Shown: piece by piece, positions 49,521 through 62,580 of the stretch
How positions within the stretch are numbered: the first letter of the stretch is position 1
How the letters are laid out: the number at the start of each line of letters is the position of its first letter
Source: Octopus bimaculoides
Taxonomy: Eukaryota
Assembly: GCF_001194135.2 (NCBI RefSeq)
Contig: NC_068985.1
Coordinates: 40,316,646-40,380,645, forward strand
Length of the DNA stretch: 64,000 nucleotides
Direction: 5' to 3'
Notes under the pieces: generated by a model
The model's database searches: none
Told to the model about the DNA's origin: nothing
What the model saw: the letters and a program-made list of their open reading frames with translations, nothing else
Program-made: the position numbers and the translations under genes

Positions 49521-50421
49521 TCCTAAAACCATATCTTTAGCAAGAAAAAAAGTTCAGTGGTCCCAGAGATCCTTATTATTCTGAAAAAGATTTAAGATTA
49601 GATGCAAAAATATAACTTAAATAGACCTCCATGTCTGGAAGATTCATAAAAACTTAGTTTTTTTTTTTTTATTATTTATTGCTAGAGATTCAAATCATGA
49701 AATAATCAATAATATATATGACCATGTTACTAATAAAACAACAGAGCACCTGCCTTTCCATCTTAAATGAGGTAGTATAGTTTGAGTTATCAGTAGGCAT
49801 GATGTTTTATGTTGTTTTTTAACCCTGTCTCAAACTGGTGCTTACAATGTTCAATAACATTTGCAGTTTTTCGAGTCCATTATATAACAGAAAACTTTTG
49901 TTGTTTTCAGATCAGTGAAACATATTTAGAGTTAAATAATATATTTGTTTTTTTGTTTTAAATAAGAACACTGGCACTAATTGTTTATAATTGGGTGTTG
50001 AAAGTTATTACTTGAAATCCTTCCAAGAATCTAAGGATATCTTGAATTAAATCCACTTTGAATAGTGATTATCTAAATTCCTCATCAAATTCAATGATAA
50101 ACAGCAAGATACAAGCACAAAACATCCCCACAGATAACTAGGGTGCTGACAATTTCTCTCAGATTAAGTAGCTGGTTTAGTGTGAGCAAAGGGTGTGTAT
50201 TCCATAACAGATATTACAGATTGTCAGCAGATTATAAAATGTATTTCAATTATAGATTACAAAATGCATTTCAATGGTACCATTACTCAGTACAGTAATA
50301 AGATGTTTAGAGACACATAAGATTAGAGATATTAAGAGAACTAAAAATGTAGAGCACACTATTTTAAAATAAATTCACACCATTACATCCTGCACCATTA
50401 CACCTATTGATCATTTCCTCT

Positions 50422-50483
<62 letters not shown>

Positions 50484-50619
50484 CCATTTTTTTTTTATTT
50501 TTCATACCAGGTGTGGGTAGCCATGCAAATCTCTCTGCAGGAACCTGCTCTGCACCACCACCCTAGTAATCCCCTTGTCTCCTACCACCTATCCCAGGGC
50601 TCATAGTTCTGTTGCAAAC

Positions 50620-50815
50620 TACATAGTGTAGGTGGCATGAAAAAAAAGCACTCAGTCCATGCTGTAATGGTTGGCATTAGGAAGGGCATCCAGTCATAAA
50701 AACCATGTCAAAGCAGACATTGAATTTCAATGCAGTCCTTGAATGCATCGGTTCCTGTCAAACTGTCCAACCCATACCAACATGTAACATGGACGTATGA
50801 TGATGATGATGATGG
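50620..50815 (+). mobile_element. RTE LINE 3' tail
   Basis: ggttggcattaggaagggcatccag...ggacgtatgatgatgatg. Confidence 0.8.
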
Positions 50816-51269
50816 CAGAAATCACTGAAGTTGAATTAGCGAGTAACCAAAAGATTAATATAGATGTGATACTAACCACTTCCATAATCTGTTCCATAAT
50901 TTTTTGCACTATTTATAAACATATTTATTTATCTCACACAAATTTCTGTCATGAATGGAGTCATTTGCTTTTAACTTTTCTATATAAGATGTATCCAATA
51001 ATGAATAGCCATACTGACTTTTGGCAATTATTCCTGACTGTGACACAGCATAAAATTGACTGTACGATCAAAATACAACATGTAATGAATTTAAACCCAT
51101 AACTCATATACTAGAAGCTTGATATCATATCAACTAAACCATTTTGCTTATATAAACATAATATACTGCTATTTAAACTCATAAAATTTATTTTATAAAT
51201 CACTGCTCAAGTTTACATCAGTTTCTGTACACAATGTAAAAATATCAAAGGGCTTAATGTTTATCATAT

Positions 51270-51459
51270 ATAGGCGCAGGTGTAACTGTGTGAGAAGCTT
51301 GCTTCCCAACTACATGGTTATGGGTTCAGTCCCATTGCGTGGCACCTTGAGTAAGTATCTTCTACTATAACCTCAGGCCAACCAAAGCCTTGTGAGTGGA
51401 TTTGGTCAATAGAAATTGAAAGAAGCCTGCCGTGTGTATGTGCCTCTGTGTGCGTGTGT

Positions 51460-51500
<41 letters not shown>

Positions 51501-51700
51501 CACACATATATATTTATATGTTTGGGTCTATGTTTATCCCCCACCTCACCTGACAACTGATGTTGGTGTGTTTACATCCCCATAACTTAGTGGTTCAACA
51601 AAAGTGACCAACAGAATAAATACTAGGGGTGATTTCTTAAGGCAGTGCTCCAGCATGGCCACAGTTAAATGACTGAAGTAAGTAAAAAGAATAGACCTAA
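51270..51700 (+). mobile_element. tRNA-derived SINE with internal (TG)n
   Basis: agaagcttgcttcccaactacatggttatgggttcagtccc...ccaaagccttgtgagtggatttgg, then a 3' domain ending cagttaaatgactgaa. Confidence 0.8.
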
Positions 51701-52402
51701 AAACTATCTCTAAATCTAGAAGATAATATAAAAGTATTATAATTACAAGAACAAATATAACAGTCACTGCTATAATTTTCACTGAATATGCAGTTTTGAT
51801 TAGCATGGAAAAAAGTTCCAGAGGGATGGAGTTCAAGTAAGAAAGAATTTGGAAAATTATCAAAGAGTTCTGAGGATGAAATACAATTGAGTTGACAAGA
51901 AGAGAAGTAAATGGATTGGGCAAGATCAACAAAGAGGTGTATGCTGCTTCCTAGTTTAGAAAAGCAGTAGAAAAAATACATGGAAAAAAATAGTGCATTT
52001 ATGAACTACTGGCTGCAATATATAACTGGTAAGTAAATTTTCACCAATTAGCCAGATAGACTTTCGATGGATGTGATCTAAAATGTTTGTGTACTTTAAT
52101 GTGGATTAATCTAAGGTTTTGTAGTGGATCAAAAATTGATCAGAGCTGAAGTAATTTTGAACCTTGATATGAAAGCCTTGTGTTTGGGATGCAGTTTTGA
52201 CATATATAACAATTTCATGAGAGATCATCAAAGATTGTTAGATATAGCAGCGATAACAGAATTGAGGGTTTTATGTGTTGCTTGTGTAAGCAGATAGTGT
52301 GATACAAAACTTTCTTTTGTATATACAGTGATTGTATCTTGGTACTGTTGGAGATTGTTATGCCCTTGTTTTGAAGAAGCAGTGCAAATCCAGTGTCTAA
52401 AT

Positions 52403-52640
52403 CAGTGGTTCTCAACTGGGGTCCATATAAGATTTTGTTGTTAAAATTTATGTGCAATAAATTAATTTTATTTCTACAACACAGAAAATATTTTAATAAT
52501 TTTTTTTTACATAATTCCTTAAGATATTTAAGTATAAAAATATAATAGGCTTTTTATAAGCATCACATGGCCATGAGGGTCCACCCAAGTAAAATAAGAA
52601 TCAAAGGGGTCCAAAGATAAAAAATGGTTCAGACCCACTG
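52403..52640 (+). mobile_element. hAT (Charlie-like) MITE, 238 bp
   Basis: TIR cagtggttctcaac / gttcagacccactg; 8-bp TSD gtctaaat/atctaaat. Confidence 0.85.
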
Positions 52641-52879
52641 ATCTAAATCAACTACCTTGAGGCAAGCCTTCCTTAGCCAATCTGTACCCCCTTACATCAA
52701 TTCACAGGTATCATATCACCCAATATGTAATCAATTTTCCATTACTTGCAAGAAATGAGTGTAATGAACCTCCTAAGGTTCAAGAGATTGTTAAGGCCCA
52801 GTGTTTAACCCCAGTTTTATGGCATTAAGCAAATAAGAGATAGATATCACTAGATGGGATATGAGTAACATTCCAACTG

Positions 52880-53150
52880 ATAAGATATATAATCCTGATA
52901 TATGGATGGTGAACTGAGGCAATGTAAGAACATGTAAAGAAGCATACATTGTAAGAGAAACAAGATATACAAAAATATACAAAATGATAGGATGTTCACT
53001 GAAATATTTTTCATAATAGATCCATTCAATTAGGGCTGATGATCTAGGGTCAATCAATAACCTAGATGGTAACATGACATAACATAGAATAGAGGGTTCT
53101 GACAGAAATAAAGCAGTGTAGAATAAAAGGTTCTGCCAGAAATTCAACAA
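52880..53150 (+). mobile_element. Highly decayed RTE-like RT C-terminal fragment
   Basis: LIYGW*TEAM and EIFHNRSIQ resemble LLYGxETW and E.FH.R.LR.IL. Confidence 0.4.
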
Positions 53151-55688
53151 ACTAAGCTTTTAAAACAATTTGGTAAGAGAAAAAATGTGATTCTCTACAA
53201 TTTAGGGCAGGGATTCTCAATCTATCAGCATCCATTTTGAAACTGAATTTTTTTTTCATTGCCCAGTGTAGTGAATAAACAACAATATACCAAAACATTA
53301 ATGCTTACAAAAGAGTAGTGTTACTGTTCTGAACATCACTTCTTTTTGTATGTATATATGACTACATTATCCAAGTTTCCTTTCTTTTTGAAAATAGTAT
53401 CATGTGATGAGGGAGATATTACTATTTCTAGCATGTTGAGCAACCATGTAGAGATTTCCTCATTAACTCAACAACCACTTTAGTCTCATATTCTGGTGTA
53501 TAAATTATAGCATTAATAATCTAATTTGCCAACAGTGAATATAAATACACATTCACAATGAAACTTTAGAAATTCTCACTCTCCTCACCACACTAGCAAA
53601 ACAAGTATTTGTATTCATCCTTTTTTTTCTCTTCTCCAGACTATCTACCTGCTTATTGTTTATTTACTAATATTGTACCATGTAGCTGTTAGAATGAGTT
53701 AAGAGAATACATTCATCTACTTAAATATAGTAGCTGTTTCTGGTTTTTGCTTTTTACACACTACAACAAAGTTACTATATCTGACCTATGTACCCATATT
53801 GTAATAACAAAAAATAGGGTTTACTATATATTATTACTCAACAAAAATATCTGAGGTAATGTTTATAAGATGCATCAAATTCTTCTTTCACACACTAACT
53901 TCCAGTATAAATTTCTATCTTCTTACTATCTGTCTCTATTCTGGGTTGGAACCATGAGGGATATCCAGCCATAAAATCATCACTGCTATATACATGTCTG
54001 GTATGTAAAATATTGCCACATAATTTCCAGTCACTATAGCAGCAATATGATGAGGACTGACTCATCTAACTCATACAAACATACAATAAAAAAGGTTGAT
54101 GATGATGACAAACTGTGTAATTTAGAAAATTTACAAGAGAAAAACCTATTCTTAAATAATGTAGCGTTTTGCTTTTTCTTTACTTTTCCCTTTTTGACGT
54201 CTTATCCCTAAATATATACCAGGTAATTTTGCTAAGATCAGAGATAAAAGCAAGAACAAACTTTCTTGTAAAGCTTCTGTTCCAGTTAAACATTTAAGTA
54301 TTTAGTTAGAGATTATAAGAGATTGCCAAAATAAATAAGAACAAGTAACACATGGGAGAGCATGGGACAACAAAATCCATTTAAGTGCTAGTGTAGCACT
54401 AAGCTGTTATTTCTTAACTAAGCCATTGAACAAACTGAGCAGGTGGAGCACCCACAATTTGCTCTTCCTAACTACATCTCCATATAGTAACTATCACAGA
54501 TAGGCGCACTAAACTAATGAGAATTAAACTTATTTTCCAGAGATTTGTGCAGCACCATTAATGGAATACAAACTATAACTTTTTAGCTTCTATGTCTGTA
54601 CCCAACTAACTAAACTATCTCTATCCCTTTAAAGACCATGTTTCTAGTAAGAGTAGACCAATGTGCTTTATTTAGTTTTCAAAATTATCAAGATTTCGGG
54701 GAAGTCTAGTAAACTAATAGTTCAGTTATTAACATATTTATTTCAATATAATCTAATATTATTGCTTGTAAGTTTACTACCATAATATAGAATCAACTTT
54801 GTCCAAAAGGAGGAGCACTAGTAAGTTGACAGAGAGGTTGAACATTAAAACATCTGTCTATGTATGTGAGTTAACTGCACTGTTATAACTATAATATGAA
54901 TGGAGAATGAGAGCTAACTGAAAGAATGTCAAAAACTGGTGGTAAATATTACCAGTGATTGAAGAAAACCTAAGAAAACATGGATAAGAGAAGTGAGGTT
55001 AAAGCCAAGAATTTTCAGGGTAAGATCAAAATAGTGGCAATGAATTATACAATGGAACTAGCTAACCCTTCCACAACAGCTGGAGGGAAAATACGCTCTA
55101 ATAAGACAATATAATAATAATCATTTGTGTGTCAGAAATTTAGAGGTAGTTAATAGATTAAATTGAGCCCAGTATTTGATTGGTGCTTTATTTTATCTAA
55201 CCTAGAAGGATAAAAGGCAAAGTTAACCTTGGTGGGACTTGAACTCAAATGTAAAGAGCTGTAACTAAATACTGCAAGGCATTTTGTCCAATGGTCTAAT
55301 GATTCTTCCAATCCCTCACCCTATTAATAATTATTAATAAGTAAGAGTAGGTCTGAGTTGGCTGGAAATAAGCCAGTAAGTTCAGAGGAACAAAGGCCAC
55401 TATTATAGTAAAGATTAATGATCAGTAAGTGTAGACAATATGATGAGAATCAAAATGACTAGAGGATAGTGATGAATAGACTATCTTTGTATAAATCATT
55501 CAATTACCTCAGTGAAATATATTCAGAGAATTCTGAAATAAATTTATAGCATGTATCTATCACAACATATTCATATTTTTTTGTCTGCAGATAGGGGATT
55601 GTACAGATATTTATATGATTTTGCAAGATTGAAGTTTCACATCTTACCTACCTGTCAAAGTGATGTTTGGGAGCCAAACACAGACACA

Positions 55689-55768
<80 letters not shown>

Positions 55769-55774
55769 TACATA

Positions 55775-55925
55775 TAGACGCCGGGCTTCTTTCAGTTTCC
55801 ATCTACCAGATCCACTCACAAGGCTTTGGTCGGCCCGAGGCTATAGTAGAAGGCACTTGCCCAAGGTTCCACATAGTGGGACTGAACTTGGAACCATGTG
55901 GTTGGTAAGCAAGCTACTTACCACA
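55775..55925 (-). mobile_element. tRNA-derived SINE (well preserved)
   Basis: gacgccgggcttctttcagtttcc...ggctttggtcggcccgaggctatagtagaagg...gtgggactgaac. Confidence 0.85.
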
Positions 55926-55999
55926 TCTGAAAAACTAAGTTGATTTAAATTTTGAATCTCATCAGTATGACTCATCTGACAACAAGTGTTTCAAATAGA

Positions 56000-56357
56000 T
56001 TTGGCAATCTGCCATGCTTGAGAAGACCCATCAAGCCACATGAAATCATAGCCATGGCTAACATCAGTGTTGTGTAACTGGTACCCGTGCCAGTGGCATG
56101 TAAAAAGCACCTTTCGAATTTTGGATGTCATGGAGGCAGTGACAAGTGACCTTTGGCAATATACCATGCTTGAGAAAACCTGTCAAGCCAAGTGAGATCA
56201 TAGTCTTGGAATGGTTGGTGTTAGAAATGGCATCCAGCTGTAGAAACCATAGCAAATCAAACTGGAATCTGGTGCAGCTCCCCAGCTTGCCAGTTTTCAG
56301 TGAAACCATCCAACCTATGCCAGCATGGAAAACAGACATTAAATGATGATGATGATG
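56000..56357 (+). mobile_element. RTE LINE 3' end with duplicated ORF terminus
   Basis: ttggcaat..ccatgcttgagaa.acc..tcaagcca occurs at ~56001 and ~56153; tail ggaaaacagacattaaatgatgatg. Confidence 0.8.
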
Positions 56358-56480
56358 TTTGTTCAGTCCAGCCTATAAAAATATCAGTATATAACTTATC
56401 AATAAGAAACTTGAACAAATTATTCAGTTAATAAAGATTGTTTAAATCCTATACTCGCTTATATAGTCTCCACTTCCATG

Positions 56481-56685
56481 CAGTGTTTCTCAACCACTTT
56501 TTTGTCTGCGAACCCCTCTGATTCCTATTTTATTCAGATGACCTTTCTAGTCATTTGATGTGTAAAAAAAAATCTTGCTATATTTGTATAATTAAATATT
56601 ATAAAGAATTATATTTAAAAAGATTGTTAAAATCATTTGTGTAATATCGATGTATAACTATATGGACCCCAACTGGGAACCACTC
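56481..56685 (-). mobile_element. hAT-like MITE
   Basis: cagtgtttctcaacc ... ggaccccaactgggaaccact; same family as 49281 and 52403. Confidence 0.7.
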
Positions 56686-57139
56686 ATCTGGACAGTGAAA
56701 AACAGACTTATAAGAAAGTCTTCTGTCATAGACTAACGTACTATCCAGTGGTAGGGAAGTGATTTGTTGTTTATCTACTTAATGCTACCAAAATAAACAC
56801 CAGACTTCCATTATGTTCTTGTTATATATTAAATGACAAATTATCACAGCATAATGTTTGTAGAAATTAAGACAAGAAAGACCATAAATGGTTATCAGAA
56901 AATGACAAATTAATCATAGCTTACGAATTTCATTTGAAAATATCAACATGCACAAACAAGAGAACTCAAGAGGAACAACAAAGAAAAATAACAAAAAAAA
57001 ATAGCCACAGAGCAAACATCAAATTGACACAGCACCACCTAACATTACATAAACACACTGAAGATCACAGAGGTAAGTCTTCTATGGAATAACACTGGAG
57101 GATAAGGTATATTGAATTACCTGTAGCAAAATAACTTAC

Positions 57140-57206
57140 AGGTACAATTTTATTTATGTCTTCTATTTCTAATTCCAGTGTCTTGATTTCTATGATAACA
57201 AAATCT
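57140..57206 (-). CDS. Weak candidate exon DFVIIEIKTLELEIEDINKIVP
   Basis: Donor CCT|gtaagt and an open frame, but the acceptor lacks a pyrimidine tract. Confidence 0.15.
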
Positions 57207-59330
57207 CTGTACATATATATGTGTGTGTGTGTGTGTGTGGTATGTGCCATTACCAATTGGGGTCATAAGAGAATTCATTTAAGATTATTTTTATGCATAC
57301 GTGCCTCATGCTATATAAAATAGGTCAGTTTGATGAAGCCCATAACCTCTCCAAAGTGCACTGTGACAAGATTTGAACTCAGTATATGCAAACAAACATA
57401 ACATTTGTCAGTGCTGCTGCTGCTGTTTACAGTAGTGAACTGTGCCACTTATGTTACCTATTTACAACTAGAATAGACTGAAAGCTAAAAGAGTTAAGTA
57501 TCTTCAAGGACATGCTCACAAAACAATATAAATGGCAAGATATATAACAATACATAGTATAGTATAAATGGAAAGATGTAAAACCATCTTTCAGCTAGTT
57601 AACAACAGTTTCATGGGTAGAGAGGAAGAAGTTAGTTGAATGATGTGACACTAGAATATTACTAGTATATATTTTAATAATCCATGGAGGAATGAATGCA
57701 AAGTTTACCCTGAGAAGATTTGAGCATACAAATGCAAGACAACAAACTATGTAACATTAAATATCTGATCTATAACTCAACCATTTGTTCATAGAAGAGA
57801 GTTTTTACACAATAATATAGAAACTCTCTTGTCCAGCCTGCTAGAAATAGTAACCAAATCTCTTTCACTATACCCTGATAGCTTAAACAAGATGGATACA
57901 TTGGATAAACTAGCCAAAATAGACTAATTGAAATAAAGATGAGATGGTCAAGTCATAGCTGGATTACATTTAATCATAGGCCCACTAATTCAGAGCACAT
58001 AATAGGAGTAACACTGCACATAATAGGAATAATACTGATGATGATTTCTGATATAAAAGTATGAAACTTAAAGGTGATGATATTGAAAGTTGTGGTGTTC
58101 ATGCCTTTCTTAGAGTCATTAGCCGAATAAGTGAAAAGAAACACATCCAACTGAGAATTGAAACTGGTTATAGACCAAGTTCACTAGTTACTTATCTGCA
58201 CCATACTCATCAATGATGAATCCCCAGAGGGGATGAAAAGGAAAGTCAAATTCTAAATTGCATTCAACAAAGCAGCCAAGTGTATGTTCTATTATCTGTT
58301 ATAATAATGGTTTGTTTTGTTTTTGTCAGCACTAAGCCACGACTTATAGGAATGAGATACAATCAATTGGGTCCAATTCAATATATGACAAATACATACT
58401 GCATAATCTATAGAGGTATAAATGGCAAAGTTAAACTTTGTGGAATTTGAACTTAGAACATAAAAGAACATTACTAAACACTAAGAACATTTTCTTCAGC
58501 ACTCTCTATCACTCCACCATTCAACCTTGCTTACACATTTGAGCAAAACTTATAAATTCATAGAGGTAGGTATAGTCAATTAAACTAACAGAGACCTGAC
58601 AACTGCATATTTTATTAACTCTAAAAGGCTTCTGGGTAGTCACTTGACCTGCCAGAAATAGCAACCAAATCTCCAAATTACACATTACAACTTAAAAACG
58701 AAAGGACACCCTGCTAATGTAGTCTTACACACATTAATGCCTGAGAGAAGGGCACAATGATTCAGCTGTTCTAGAGGAAAGAAAGAGCAAATTCAACTGG
58801 TGTAATTTGACTTCAGAACATAGGGATATGAACTATTATGTAGGTTATAGCATTCAGTTCAGTACACTACTGTCACTGCTATTCCACCACTTTAATATTG
58901 ATTTCTAAGTTTAAAACAAGGCCAAAACTTTGTAACAAAATGGTATAGACAATTAATTTGAAATCAATATATTACCGGTATTCATATTAACTAACTCAAA
59001 AAATGAAAAATTAAGTCAACTCTAGTGGGATTTTGACCTCACTTTTTATACAAACATATGATATTAAATACAAAGTCTGGCACACTATTGCATCTGCCAC
59101 ATTATAATGATAATGGTTATGATGCTTTCATATAATAATAAATAATTTTATAGGCAGAAAGCCACAAATTATAGTCATAGGGGAGCAGGATATTTGATTA
59201 AATCACTTCCCATAATTGACCAGTACTTTATTTTATTAACTTCAGGAAGATGCAATGTGAAGTTTATGAGACAGATTTGAAGTCAGAATGCAAAGAACCA
59301 GGCAAAACACTCTCCCAAACGTCCACTTTC

Positions 59331-59384
<54 letters not shown>

Positions 59385-59409
59385 TTCACTGGAACTTAAC
59401 TTATCAGCA

Positions 59410-59550
59410 AAAAAAAAGTTGACTTTGTCTTTCATCCTTTCAGGGTCGATAAATTAAGTACCAGTGAAACACTGGGTTTGATGTAATCGACTAGTCTCTT
59501 CCCACCAAATTTCAGACCTTGTGCCTTTAGTAGAAAGATTCTTCTTATTA
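59410..59550 (+). mobile_element. 5'-truncated Nin/Deu SINE
   Basis: gactttgtctttcatcctttcagggtcgataaattaagtaccag. Confidence 0.85.
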
Positions 59551-60396
59551 TTATTATTATTAAAACAGAGTTAAATACAAAAATAATATCAGTTCTAGCC
59601 ATCCCAGTAATAAGTCAATTTCAATATTCTCAATTAAATACTAATCAAACTAGCTACACTAGACAGGAAAACAAGGAAGGTAATGACTAAATATAGAATA
59701 CACTACCATATTATTATTATTATTGTGGCACAAGCAAATCCACCACCCTCATAACAATGAGGAGAAAGATGATTTTTAGCACTGGCAAAAGGCCAGAAAT
59801 TTTGAAAGAGCGAGCACACTCGTTTTAATTAAGACCATTACATAACTTATTATTTCATTAATCCAGAAGGTATAAAAATTTAACTCAATCTTACTACATT
59901 TTGAATTCAAAAATGCAAAGGAAAATAACAGTAGGTTGCAACTGAGATAGAGTTAGCTGCTATTTCTAGCAGACCATGCAATAACAGTGGGGGGGAGGTT
60001 GTATAGTTCATCATGCAGATGTATCTAAAAACAAGAAGTATGGAAGAAATCATAAAGCAAAACAAACACAACCAGAAGGCGGGCATCAACCTCAGAAGTG
60101 ATGAATATAGCTCTTCTGGGAGGAATTTTATCAACTAAAAAAAGAAAAAAGTAATCAAAAAGTAGACAGCAGGTAGCAGCACCAACCATCTTCTGGACTA
60201 TTAACCAACTTTCTATTTATTGTTTGTGTTTCTACCTACTACAATATTTTTATAACTATTCTACTAAACAACTTCAATTGTTACATAATGTATGTTTTTC
60301 CTTTCAGCTACTACAAAAGTCTGGTGAAAATCACTGTATCTAAACTCCTGGATATTAGCTTGAAACCAGGGAACAGAAATAACCACAGATATAAAA

Positions 60397-60453
<57 letters not shown>

Positions 60454-60689
60454 GAGAAAAAGAGAGAGTATCTACATGATAATAAAAATTAAAACACTGG
60501 TTTTACACTATTATTACTCTTGAGTTTTACCTTATCAATTTTACACAATTCATAGCAAAATGCAATGAGGCAAAAATCTGAAGTATCAACAAAATATAAT
60601 TCCAGTTTTTAATTGTTGTTATTATGAACATGAATGCTCAGCTGTTCAATCAACTCAACTACAAAGACTCACTGAATTTGGTTTAAATG

Positions 60690-61190
60690 GTTGAGTACTC
60701 CAAAGACACTACACATGTCTGTGGAATACTTAGCCACTTACTATGGGTGTTATCTATGCCAATGCCTGGCAACTGACTTGGTAAACACCAACAAAATTAT
60801 TAACCATCGTGCCAACAACTACCTTGAACACCTTTTTGAGTTCCATGTATCCAATACATGTGAGCATGCCTTACAAAGTCAGAAAACAGCACAGCTCCCA
60901 TGACTTTCAGAAACATTTTTTCACACTCAAAAGTTGCTGAAGCATGGAACAAACTACCTGCATCAGTTGTTAGTTGCCGAGACATTGCATCCTTTAAAAC
61001 CTCCATGCTTCCTGAAGTTCGCCAACACTACACCTGATATCACCCCTCCATATGCATGCACACATGTATATCATGACTCTTACACTGTTCATTTTCCTGA
61101 CTTTTGTACATAATTCTATGTACTATACATGCACCTTTGATTAGTTGTAGTGCACATGAGCACTATACACAATAATTTCATTATTATTGT
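60690..61190 (+). mobile_element. CR1-clade LINE 3' end
   Basis: HDFQKHFFTLKVAEAWNKLPASVVSCRDIASFKTSM resembles the terminal FF..RV...WN.LP..VV....L..FK motif; tail aataatttcattattatt. Confidence 0.85.
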
Positions 61191-61284
61191 ACAGGAAGGA
61201 GACCAGAATCTGAAAACTAAGATTCTGTTAAATTTTTAAAATTTCAGTTATGAAAGAGTTTCAAGGGAATCAAGTATTTTCAAG

Positions 61285-62580
61285 ATGACAATGTTTTTCT
61301 TAGGATGTGCTATACTCATGAGAACAATTTTTTGTGGTTTCCTGGTATTTGGTTATAGTGTTTAAGAGCACTACTTGGTATCATTCAAAAGCTCTGATGG
61401 TCACAGGTTGTTCTTAGATGTCACATTTTTGAGACCTTTTATTTCAAGGTCCTTATATTCATTTGACTTCTCAAATGCCTTTACAGAAGTGTTGCAGTCA
61501 ACTCAGATTGACATATCTACAAGCAGACACATATTATCAATGTGATCTTTTTCCCATAATGCCTCATCTATTGGCCTGTACAGCACAATCAGTTTAGATA
61601 TTGAGGTCCAAAGAATGGTAATATTTTTATTTTCTACTACTTTGGTAGGTTTATGTTCCCACCAGTTTTTTTCATATGGGAGTCCAGACTTATAGCATGA
61701 AACTCTGCCAGATCAGATTGGTACCTGGTGCAGCCATCTGGCTCACCAGTCCCCAGTCAAACCGTCCAACCCATGCCAGCATGGAAAGCGGACGTTAAAC
61801 GATGATGATGATGAATGTAGTGCAAATACTGGCCAAGTCCTACCATGGTAATTAATATATTCATTTGAGACAAGCTGAAAGCATACAGAAATGAGATAGT
61901 TGTTTTCCTGGCTGCATCACAAAAGCAACAAACAGCATCAACACCATTTTTAAGAATGCTTGCTTGGTAGTTTCTGGTGGGTAGATAGTAATCCTGAGCT
62001 GCTATTATGAGACCCTCTGTTTCCGATTTAAGTCCAGATGCAGCCAACCATTGATAAGTCATATTTTTATCTACATCAGGATTCCTGGCCCTTGTAGAGT
62101 ATTTGCCAAGCAATGCTTTCCTTTTTCATGTATTTTGCAACACTGAAATTCCATTTTATTTCACTTTTGTGGTTTTATCTGTTTTACTATTACAGTGGGT
62201 TCATCTGTTTCATCTAGTTGTGCATCAGTCTCATTCATTTTTAATTCCTCTACATACTTCTTTGTGTCAAACATTGAGTATATCATTTTTGGAACTTTCA
62301 TATTTACCAACAAGTTTAACCATCTAGTCATTGATGTTCTTTAGATAGTCATCTACCCCCACAGTTGCTATCTTTGAAGATAGTTGCAGCTGCATCAGTC
62401 CACATCCTTCATCCTTTCGTGAGATATATAGTCAATTTACATCTACTTTAGGGTATGCATATGATGCAGTGTGAAGTGCTTGTGTATTTTTGTATCATTT
62501 TACTGATCTTTGTTGAACCATTTTATGATGTTAAAGCTGTAGTCACAACAGGTATAGCTAAGTTATAGGTTGCATCAATC
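61285..62580 (-). mobile_element. R4/Dong-type (REL-endonuclease) non-LTR retrotransposon, 3' part
   Basis: LYISRKDEGCGL, WLAASGLKSETEGLIIAAQD..LPTRNY, CCFC, then NWWEHKP.KVVEN, CLLVDMSI, EK..EYKDLEI and QKIVLMSIAH. Confidence 0.9.
61699..61812 (+). mobile_element. RTE 3' tail inserted in the R4/Dong element
   Basis: gaaactctgccagatcagattgg...ggaaagcggacgttaaacgatgatgatg interrupts the R4 frame after GQYLH. Confidence 0.85.

Noticed and set aside
50230-50280. Short 21-25-bp tandem dimers (also ~58000, ~43228)
   Set aside because: Two-copy slippage duplications, common and unremarkable.
52791-53150. 119-aa hydrophobic minus ORF resembling a membrane protein
   Set aside because: Antisense to a decayed RTE-like fragment; hydrophobicity follows from T-richness.
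55551-55943. His/Thr-rich ORFs (also 28416, 36635-37161, 40539, 51318)
   Set aside because: Translations of (CA)n/(TG)n microsatellites and SINEs.
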